A stretch of 64,000 nucleotides of DNA from Cystobasidiomycetes sp. EMM_F5 (lineage: Eukaryota): NCBI GenBank assembly GCA_051047955.1, contig JBPGPT010000053.1, forward strand, positions 1 to 64,000, read 5' to 3'. The translations under genes and the position numbers were made by a program. How positions within the stretch are numbered: the stretch's first letter is position 1; every line of letters starts with the position of its first letter. Below the pieces are notes generated by a model. That model did not search any database. It was not told the DNA's origin and saw only the letters and a program-made list of their open reading frames with translations. This document shows, one piece after another, positions 48,464-58,612 of this stretch.

Positions 48464-49582
48464 ATGGCCGGACAAGCCAGCATTCTGGGTGATCTGGTGC
48501 CAGACGACAAGTACGAGTGGTGCCTGGACCTCGGATATACTATAACTACCGCAAACGTTGCCTATCAGGCGGAGCGCAAGGCAGACGGTCCTGAAGTGAT
48601 AGCCGAATTCCAGCAACACGTCGCACGCCTCACCGAGCTGAGCCAAAACATGATTACAAGATACATATCAGAGATTATACGCTTTGAACCGAGAGCAGCA
48701 AACTTCAGCCTCCTGGACTACCTGCGCAAGATTGCCAAAGAGGCCGCAGACAAGTACTCTCCGTCAGCCGCCGCGTTTGTCATGATAGGTGCTGCGTTTT
48801 CGCACGTCCAGCATACTGGACGGCTGGCTATCGACGATGCTACAAAGTCAGCTCAGCTGCGAGTTGCAGGAATGGAGTTCTTGGGAGTCGCTAGAAGATA
48901 CTGCAACCAAGATCGACATCTTGACGTGACGGCGTGTCAGGCGCTCATACGTTCCGAGTGTCGAGCTAAAGTCGACTTGGCGTACTTTTCTGGCTCGACC
49001 ATGTTGTCGGCCCTGCAAGCTGGCACACAGCCCGAGTCCATTTTGCTGATATTGCCAGATCCACAAGATGCATCACCGCTAGGATTGTTGCACGAGATGG
49101 CTGCAATTCAAAACAGCCTTCAGCTAGGTCAGCACTCTAGACACTACAAGCTTCACGTCCACCCTGCAGCACAATTTCCTCAACTCCCACTGCAGCTGAG
49201 TCAGTCAAAGGCTACGATTGTCCATTTCGCTGGACATGGAGAGGGTGGCGTATTGATGTGGCAGAAGCAGGATGGCAAGGTCAAGGGCTACTCAGCATCC
49301 GTCCTCGGCAAGGTGCTAGCCTCGACTAAACGAGTCAAGCTCGTCATTCTGAACGCCTGCCATAGCAACGACGGAGTGCACGAGATGGCAAAGCACGTAC
49401 CAAACGTCGTCAGCATGCGGGGTGAAATAGGTGACGACGCTGCAACCATCTTCTCTCGCCATTTCTACGAGCTCTTGGCCAATGGCGAAGCCGTAAAGAC
49501 GGCGTTTGACACAGCCAAGTTGATGGCCGAGATTGAAGGACCTTGTGATACATTTGATGCTCATCTTCTGCAGCAAGATTAG
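48464..49582 (+). CDS. CHAT-domain (caspase-like, clan CD) protease with an unknown helical N-terminal domain; intronless
   Basis: ILLILPDP..LGLLHEMAAI, IVHFAGHG (catalytic His), LVILNACHS (catalytic Cys), VVSMRGEIGDDAATIFSRHFYELLANGEAVKTAF. Confidence 0.85.
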   Translation: MAGQASILGDLVPDDKYEWCLDLGYTITTANVAYQAERKADGPEVIAEFQQHVARLTELSQNMITRYISEIIRFEPRAANFSLLDYLRKIAKEAADKYSPSAAAFVMIGAAFSHVQHTGRLAIDDATKSAQLRVAGMEFLGVARRYCNQDRHLDVTACQALIRSECRAKVDLAYFSGSTMLSALQAGTQPESILLILPDPQDASPLGLLHEMAAIQNSLQLGQHSRHYKLHVHPAAQFPQLPLQLSQSKATIVHFAGHGEGGVLMWQKQDGKVKGYSASVLGKVLASTKRVKLVILNACHSNDGVHEMAKHVPNVVSMRGEIGDDAATIFSRHFYELLANGEAVKTAFDTAKLMAEIEGPCDTFDAHLLQQD

Positions 49583-49952
49583 AGCGGAGATGCTGGCCTG
49601 GCTGGTCTCCTGCATCACTCCTACACGACCGCGTATGGCTGTTGTTCGTCCCTTACCACTCAGTCTCGTGTCGTGTCGTACTATTTTCTGGATATTCTGT
49701 TATATTTAGGACCGAGTGCGTTAATCGGATGTTGCGTCAGCTCCACGGGATCGGTGCAATGTCATTAGCGGAGGACATATTCCCTTGCTAAGCATCAAAA
49801 GCAGAAATACTATCAATATCGAAAGCGACCTTTTATTCCAGACACAACAGTATGCGCGCACAAGTCTAGCAGGCTCTTGGTGTGGTCCCCTGTCGATGCG
49901 ATGGAAGTGTAGACGCTAGCGTGGCCAAAAGAGTGCTAGGATGAATCAACAA

Positions 49953-50888
49953 TCACTGTTGAAAGAGAGTACGGACATTAGCCAAGATGACAATGTGCAA
50001 TTGTATTTGGGTGCGACTAACATCCTTCATCTCTGCGTCGCCAGTCTTTGCCTCTGTCGACTTTGATGACCTATCCTTTCGCTCGAGGAGGGCCGAGCGA
50101 TCCTTGTCGAGCTTGAGCTTTGTGACTACGACGTTGGAAGGGTGTACGCCAATGGGAACTGTCGCGCCATTCGTCTTTTCCCTGTGCACCCGCTCTACGT
50201 GGATGACAAACTTTTTGCGGTACACCTGAGTCACTTTGCCTTCCCGACCCTTGTATGTCCCCCGGACAATCAGCACTTCATCGTCCTTGCGGATTGGAAT
50301 GGAGCGAGCCTGTGTGGATGAGTAATGTCAGTACTCCCTCGTTTACACATCGTATACTGGAGAGTCGGCAGAGCAGGGCGGGAAGGTATATCGACTGGAG
50401 ATGTGATTGCAAATTGGCGGAATGTGTCGACGTTGTCCAGATGTCGGAAATCAGCAGGGTGCTGAATAGCAAAACCATTGGATGGTCTTCCTGGATCGTC
50501 CTGAAAAGTCTCCTCGGTACATGCTGAATGAACAGCCGCAGTTACTGGCGGACCAGAGAAGTGCGATGCATCTATAACCTCCGAATGGTCTACCATCTCT
50601 CGTGTCGTAGTCTGCAGTGTCGAGTCGAGTCGTCGTCGTCGTCGTCTTTGCCGATGTGCCTAATCCCTGCCCTGCCTAATCCCTGCCCTTTTTTCGCCCA
50701 ACTCACGCTATGCTTTCCTCTGAGCTCCTTTGACAGAGCTGCCGACATGAGCGTCCTCCTCACGCTCGATGGGGCATCAAAGTGCGCCTTTCGCGACTTG
50801 CGAGACGACGACGAGACGTCTGGGTTGTTGGAGTCAGCGATTGTTGTGCAACCATCAATTACGCATATCCACCTTTTGAGTACTTCAT
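49953..50888 (-). CDS. RPL26: 60S ribosomal protein L26 (uL24), three introns
   Basis: [84 protein letters not shown]...[16 protein letters not shown]. Confidence 0.97.
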
Positions 50889-51167
50889 GGTTGCTGCAGG
50901 TATCTGAAGTGATGCTACGCTCTGATGGGAAGGGATTTGGGAATGGACCTTTCAGGATTCTTGATTTTTCCGGGAAGGCTGAGGCCCAAGAAAAAAGAAA
51001 AGAAAGGGGGAACTCGGGAGAGACATGTTCTTCGCAACCGTTGGAGCGAACATGTCCTACGTCGCGACAGGAGACGCGTCGATGATTCAAGTTGGCAATG
51101 CTGCTGCTGCTGCTGTTGCTTCTTCTTTGTCAGAAGATCCGCAGATACAATCTTCACATCTGCTGAT

Positions 51168-53259
51168 ATGCCGTACAACTCTGCTAACACTGCTAACATC
51201 ACCCTCGAAGACTCGCTCCGCCAACTGATCAGTGACGAGGTGCAGTGCGCCATCCCCCCGCCAGCTGAGACGCACGAGCTAGTCGTAGAGGCTATACGAT
51301 TCAGCAGCACCTTGTCCGACCCTGTGAAGGATGTACTCGAGAAAGCCTGGTGCATGCAGCCGCTAGTCGCAGCCGACGTCTACGGCCAAGACTGGGTTTC
51401 AGACGCACTTGCGACCGACAGGCAGCTCTGGGAGAATGTCGAAACAACTTTTGCAGCAAAGGTCGCAGGGAAATACAAGACAGAGCGACTCGCACCGTAA
51501 GAGACTGCTCATACAGCTAACATACGTCGCTCTTCAAGCGGTCAGTCTGACGCGACTACTTTTTGCCATACCTTTGCCACCAGTTTTGTAGAGTGGTCCC
51601 CCGGCCATCCCATTTGCATCCAGAACTGGCCGACACTATCCAAAAACGCCTCTAACCCTGATGCTGACCTCTGGGATCCTTCAAACTCGTCTCATTGCGC
51701 TCATTACCTCCGCAAAGAAGGCATGGAGGCCGCCAAAGTCTGCGTATTCGACTGGACGCCAGCACGTTTTTCTAACGAACTAACGGGCAAAGATCCACAA
51801 GCCAAGCTTCCTGACGAGTTTCTAAATGCTTGCGACGCATGGGTGTACCATCGCATTCGAGCCACCATCGCCTGCAACGCGACCGTCATCATCATCTCCT
51901 CATGGTGCCGCAATCGCTTCTTTTCGCAGCACACCCGCCAAAATCTGCAGACTTACCCTTTGACGGTCAATCTACCCATTACACCCTCACATTCGATGCC
52001 CAGCGATTTCTATTTCCTTCGCTGCATCGGTCCGAATTCTATTCAGTACGCTGGTTGCGGCAAAGTCTTCTTCAAAGCTTCTATCGCGACACTGACCAAA
52101 AAGACTCCGATAAGCAAGCTTGCAGAAAGCGTAAGGTTCTGAGATGCAACGTTTTTGCGTTATTGAATAGCTTGTACAGGATCTTAAGCTCAATCTCATA
52201 TATGTAAGCTGTCTACCTCTATTTTCTTTACTCCACCTGCCTCGTATCCTACACCTCGCTTCTGGCATCGCAGGCGCTCACGACTACCTCTGGTTCTGCT
52301 ACGGTACCGCCCATCTAGCCAAAGTTGGCCGAGACCAGAATATCACCTTCGGAAGCGTCAACGATGCTGTAAGCGCTGGAGGAACCGTTCATTTTTGGAA
52401 TCGACTCGAGTTATACCACGCAAACAACGCTACCCACATCACATCAATCAAATTGCTCCTTCCAGCCAGCCGACGCGAATGTCTGATCGCACAGGCTGAT
52501 AAACTCATGCGCTATCGTGCAGCCATCACTACAGCTCAGATCCGAAAATACGAGATTGACGGGGAATTTCGCATCGGAACAGGTTCGCAGCAGCGGGCTG
52601 ACCGCACAGCCCAGCGCCGCGACTACGAGGTGAATGGCGAGATGCGCACCGGCACCGGCACCCAGCAGGGAGTGGATCGCAGCGCCATCACGCGAGCGCA
52701 GCGACGTGACTACGAAGTGGATGGCGAGATGCGTAACGGAACCGGTATCCAACAGGGGAAAGACCGAACAGCTTAGCGTCGCGACTACGAAATTGACGGC
52801 GAGACTCGTCACGGAACTGGTTTCCAGCAGAGAAGAGATCGCACAGCTCAACTTCGCGACTACGAGGTGAATGGCGAGATGCGTAACGGAACCGGCACCC
52901 AGCAAAGAGTGGATCGCAGCGCCATTACGCTAGCGCAGCGACGTGACTACGAAGTGAATGGCGAGATGCGCAACGGCACCGGCATCCAGCAGCTACAAGA
53001 TCGTCGCCTTGATACCCTGACCCGACAGCGAGAAGCGAAAAACGAGGCATACGCAGAACTCCTCAGTCGAACGGGCAAGAAGTACCTAGGAATGGGTCGC
53101 GGTCTTGGCGTGACAGCATCTCGGGCCGTTTCGTCCCACTCAGTCCGGCAGCCACGCTCGCATCACCCGTATCACAATCAGCAGCGACGCCCAGGGGAAG
53201 TCAGCCTCAGTCTCTGTTTAAATTACACCAGCAAGCTCCAGCCGAGCCCATCGTCATAA
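51168..53259 (+). CDS. Orphan protein (or recent pseudogene): alpha/beta N-terminal region plus a C-terminal 6-copy tandem repeat, with an in-frame TAG at 52774-52776
   Basis: Exon 51168-51496, intron 51497-51583, exon 51584-52130, intron 52131-52170. The frame is then open from 52171 to the TAG at 52774 and continues in the same frame to 53259. Confidence 0.6.
52531..53010 (+). repeat. Coding minisatellite: six units of 75-84 nt forming a 237-nt higher-order unit present twice
   Basis: Consensus peptide (T)AQRRDYE[VI][ND]GE[MFT]RxGTGxQQxxDR. Units 1 and 4 start at 52531 and 52768, 237 nt apart. Confidence 0.92.
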
Positions 53260-53638
53260 GGACGCAGGATCTCGGCTCTCCGCTTCCAATGTTCAGCAAT
53301 CAGCCAGTAGACTACAGTCCGATGGCCAGCTATATGATGGGAAACATGTGGGACAGCATGCGGGAGTCGGCGAGTTGGGATGGCAGTCAGATCGAGTACG
53401 ATAGTTCAAGCCTGTACAGCTTTCAGTGAAAGCCGGCTCGTGTGCCAGTCGTTTTGCGCGTAAACGAGCAGCAATAAAAGTCAGTCGAGCTCTTCCAAAT
53501 GGATTGTTTGCCGTTCTGTCTGCTCCGACGCATTGTCTACCCTGATAATGGCAGGTTGCCAACCCGTCGTTGTATACATTTGCACACACAACAATCTCCG
53601 CTGCTCTGACCGTTCAAGGACTCGAGCACTTTCTGACC

Positions 53639-56600
53639 ATGACTGCACTCGATAATGTCCAGTCCAGCACTCTGCTGGCCAGCTCATCGTCATTGTCCGC
53701 TGAGGGTCCTGAAGCAATGTTTCGAAAACTGCGACTGACGGCCAAGAATTACAAACAACACGCTCAGGCTGCCCAGCTGGCATGGCGGATATACCAGAGG
53801 AACAGCAGTCAAGTGTACATCCCGCGCAGGGAGCACTACGTCCTCGAATGGCTCGTAGACCGGTTGCTAAAGACCAAAGACGAAGGAAGAAACGGGTGGG
53901 TCTTGTGATTGCGATGGGATGGAGGCACGGCTGACGTGGTGAGGTTGTGATGGACGCAGACCACTCCTTCAGCTCCAGTACTGGAAGCTGTTTTTGTCCC
54001 TCGTCCAAGATGCCGCCGTCCAGACGAGATATGGTCAACTACAGCAGACACTGCAGAAAACGCCAACACTGCCAATTCTGACTGCGCTCGTTCAATACGT
54101 ACCGGAGCTCTTGAAGGAGGACGTCTCTTCTGATGACAGCAGCCGCCGTAAGGGCAAAGCAAAGGCCGCAGAAGGCGAGACTGCCCATGTCGTCGAGCTG
54201 TTGGAGACCGTACATCAAGTATATGCGATGTTGCTGCCATCGTTGAGCGGGTCAACCATCACAGACCAGCTGCTGGCATCCCTAAGCAGCTGGTTATCGC
54301 ATACTACGTCTTTTATAGAATCGGTCGACACATCTGACAATGTAGCCTGTTCTAGCTGGATCAGCATAGCATCTCTTCTCACAACGACGCTACAATCGTT
54401 CATCAAGGCAGACAAGAATGCAGCTCGCAAACTGCATACCTTCATTCTCAGCCATACAAACTTTTCAAAAGCCGTCATGGCTCTTCAGACAATGGAGACG
54501 TCATCTCCCGCTTCTGCACAATTGTCTGCAGCTGTCCGTCAAATCTTCTCTGTCAGCTTGTTCTCCTATCAAAACCTGTCGCGAACTCTGCAGCCCGCTC
54601 TGTTGCCGTCGTCTACACTCGAGCAGCTCTCATCAACGCAACTGCTCCGCGAAATTTCTGCGGCAGTAGCTGCGAATGTGGCAACAGCAGGGAATAATGT
54701 TCTGCTCCTCCTCCCGTTGCTGACAGACGAACTCGACAAAGCATTGCAAAAGTATGGCCTCGATCTGCTACAGAAGAATGTTCGAACCAATGCAGCTCCT
54801 ATGTCCACCTCCGCAGCCGAGACGACAGCTCTGACATTTCGCCGCAATGCTACCTTTTCCTTCCTTTCGATGACCCTGGACGTGATTGTACCCCTGGCTG
54901 CATCGGTCGATGCTGCTCGCCTCGTCCTTCATCTCGTCAACCACATTGAGCAAAAGAAGCTGTATACTGCGGCAGCGGGCGAAAACAGTAAATCTTGGAT
55001 GAACGTACTCTGCAAGACTGTTCAATACCTTGTCGATCTCTACGTAGCGTCAAGAAGTACGGAAGCGGTGGAAGCGATGACGACTGTAGCCCGCCTGGAC
55101 TTCTCAGCAGTCGAGCCTGCGCTGCCCGATATCATGCGAGCCGTATCGACAGACCGCCATTCATCAATTGGAGAGTCGTTTATGCAAGAAGCCATTTCTT
55201 ATGCTGCTCGATTGCGAAACCTTCCGACACTCGTTGGTCAGATTGCGGATGCCTTCAGTTCACCTTTGGCAGATCAAAAATTACCGTCCTTACGAAGTTC
55301 AATCATCTCCCTTCCGACAAGGCAGCTCTTGGCGAAAGAGTGTGTCGACAGTCTGTCTGCAGACCAGGCTATGTCGCTTGTCATCACACTACTTGAGCGC
55401 ATGCAGCAGATAATCACAAATGGCTTCGGGCAACGGGAAACGGGAGGATTTGAAGCGGAACAAAGTCCGAAGAAGCGAAAAACTGGCAAAGACAGCCACA
55501 TCGCGAGCCTGGATGTTGGTGTAGAAAATGGCGACGAATCTGCCGTCGGCCTGTCGAAGCCGGCTGGAAGTGCAGTCTACTTTCAGGCACTCGCATCACT
55601 TGCAATTGTGATACTCCAAGCAGAGATTGAAGTATCGGAACATCAAACGGAGACAGTATGTACCGCTGTGAACGAGTTGTGCAATATTGGTCTGTCGATA
55701 CTCTTATCCATACACACTGCATCAGACAATCAGCAAATCCAAGCGGCCGCCTGTCTACAGCTCGCTTTAGCGTGCCGTAATTTCGGCAAGATCAATCTGC
55801 CTCCCATTACTCAGCTCAATGCAGCTCTTAATGAAGTCTTGCCTGCAACGAAACGCAAGAAGACTTCGTCGAAAACAATACTCCCTTGCCTGACAGTACA
55901 GATTGTATGTGTCTTTCTAACACTAGACCTCTCTGTAAGATGCTGAGTATTATTACTCCGGGATGACTAGATCCATACTTTGTTGGAATTGGATGCGCCA
56001 CCTATGGATGACATCTTTCGGATTGTGTCAGCAGGCCTTCGAATACAACCTGCAGCAGTCTGGGATGGTTACACGGATGATATTTCAAGGTCTCATCTGT
56101 GCATTGCGATATGGTATATATTGACCGTGCGATACCTCCCGCTCGTAGAGACAGCCAGTCCGGAGCATCTCGAAGACTTCGTCAAGCTCTTCTTTGCAAC
56201 GGTAATCACAACAAAGGATGGTGACGTGACCGAGCAAGGATTGACACTTGCCAATATAACGCGGCTAAGTCTTCGCTCAGCCGCATTCTACGAATATGTC
56301 CGGATCCGATCGTATGTAATGGCGTACATCGACAAGCACGAAGACCCACAGGATCTACTGAATGAAATGGTGCTTGTGCCGCGTGATTACGTCGACAAAT
56401 CCATCCGCCGGAAAGTTGCCCTTCGGCTTGGACAAAGCGACAAGAACAACCCTCTGACGGACGGTCTACTTCTTGCATGGACAAGGGACGATGTTGGTAG
56501 TCCATTGGTGCGTGAGATACTGAGGCCAAGTACGACTCTTCCTGATCCAAGCATTTTAGAGTCTCGATTTGGCGTACTTGCAGAAACTCGCTCTTCGACA

Positions 56601-58471
56601 AGAAAGCTCATCCGGGGCTGGCCAACTGTTTGAGCAGCTCTTACAGTGATTTATACTAATAAACGACCATCCCGGCGGTATTTCAGCTAACGCAGATACC
56701 TATGCAGGCTTTTATTCCAATCATGGAACGCTTCGCCGACGAAATATGGCGATCTGCAAGTCTTGATCTCTGGTATCTCGCCTGGAGGATCTAATACCGC
56801 CATTGATCTATTCTCCGTCGACCAAAGCAAAGGCATGCCGCACAACTCTGCAATTCTAAAAATGGTCAGTGTCCTGATTGAAGAGAGCAAGCCGGCATCG
56901 TAGGTTGTGTAGACTGGGCCCGCTGACATAGATAGGCTGACCAACCGGGTCTGTCAAGACTACCCGAAGCACTACTCGCTTTTCTAGCACAACAGGTACA
57001 GATGGTTCATACAGAGGTGCGCAATCTCGTCGCGAGATACGAGGATAAGGGGTCCAGTCCACAGGCCAGCACGCTGCATAGTCTCATTGCGGTGCAAAAG
57101 CTGCGACAATGGCTGGGGTCTGCGGTAGCCATTAAGGCTAGCCCAGATACATTGGCGCATCTAGCTGTCACACTGCTCCAGGTCGCCGTTCGTGGAGAAG
57201 CGGATCCTGAACAAAGCTATCTAATACTAGAACTCGCGAGTCTGAACGTCTCGGATCATGGATTGATATCCTTTGAAGTGTTTGTAGCGGCAGCCGTATT
57301 CGTTAGACAACATCTGAGCAGTTCGGGTAAGCCCAAGCTATCATTCTGATTCGTATACCGATACACTGATGCAATGGCCTCGCACTCGCAGACAAAGTTG
57401 ACAAAGTACTGGAACGTACCACTTATCGACAATCGATTATCAGCTACGATGCTGCTTTACAAGCTTTGATCAGCGCGATCTCGATCTCCACACCAGAGCA
57501 CGTTTTGTCGGCAGCGCTAGATTCATTGTCCATCCTTGTCGGCAGTCATCCTTCGGAATCGGCAAGATCCGCAGCACACGCCATCACTACTTCCACAAAA
57601 CGGCTGCTACTGTGTGACGTACAGCACTGCACAAAATCCATAGTTTCCTCGGTAATCCGCTTCATCCGCAGTATATGCTCTCACAAGGTTGGCATTGCAT
57701 TCACCAATACATGTTCGCCGATATCGCTAATTGAAGTATCTGCAGATTACCAGCCTGGAAGTCCACGATGTCGGCACTATTTTTACGCTTATTGTGAAGA
57801 TCTGTGGGCCTTCGAGTCCTGACGTGCATTCAACCCTGCAAACGAAAGCCACGATAGGCGACATCTACTTGGGAATGGTGGACATTCTATCAATGCTATC
57901 ACTACAGCGCCGTGACCTGCTAGTGCCAATATTCCCTCAGTTCTGTACGGCCTTATTGGCTTTGATACGGCTGTTGCGTTTACCTGCGCCAGGGACCATA
58001 CCCGCAGCTGCTAAAGAGCACACTTCAGCATCGTTTCCGGCATGGGCGTCTATCTCGATCAACGACGATGGAATCAGTAATGTGCACGGGAAAGCGTTGG
58101 CTCGCTTACTGTCGAGCTTGGACACTAAAGCAGTCATATCACGCCAAACTCGCTCTGCACCTAGTAGGGACGGCTCGCGCAAGGACGCAGGGGGACAATC
58201 GTTGCAAGTCTCTTTGTTGGGACCGCTATCAAAACATGCACCCTTTCTCATGGTCGGCTACCTTCGTGCCGCCACTGATGCAAGAACTCCTTTGTCTGTT
58301 TCGTTACGCAAGGAACTGCAACCTGGGATTATGACGATATTGGGATCAATGGGCAAATACGAGCGAGAGTCGCTTATGCGAGGCTTCCTCACCGACGATA
58401 TGGAAGCCGAACGTGTCCTGCTTCGGGCCATGTGGACAACGTACGACAAGATTCGCTACAAAGGCAACTGA
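53639..58471 (+). CDS. URB2: Nucleolar pre-60S factor URB2/NPA2-like, multi-exon
   Basis: N-terminal YIPRREHYVLEWLVDRLLK, a long helical body, and C-terminal LSKHAPFL...RKELQPGI...RVLLRAMWTTYDKIRYKG resembling the Urb2 domain. Confidence 0.75.
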
Positions 58472-58612
58472 TGGCAGTCACACATGACACAAATTCGTGC
58501 ATCAGCCAACTGGCGCGATTCCGACAACGATCAGAAAGAAAGTGGAATGAGATGTGACCCCCCGACCACGCTCGACTAGTGCGAATGGCAATCGGCACAA
58601 AGCTCTCACGTC

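Noticed and set aside
52774..52776. Alternative genetic code (TAG=Gln) or A-to-I stop correction
   Set aside because: Several conserved genes here end normally at TAG (for example 10069 and 11485). Editing would give Trp, whereas the repeat consensus is Gln.
52444..52905. Antisense 153-aa hydrophobic repeat ORF
   Set aside because: It is the mirror of the plus-strand repeat; the substitution pattern favours the plus-strand frame.
52531..53010. CRISPR array
   Set aside because: The context is eukaryotic, unit lengths are multiples of 3 with codon-position variation, there are no unique spacers and no cas genes.
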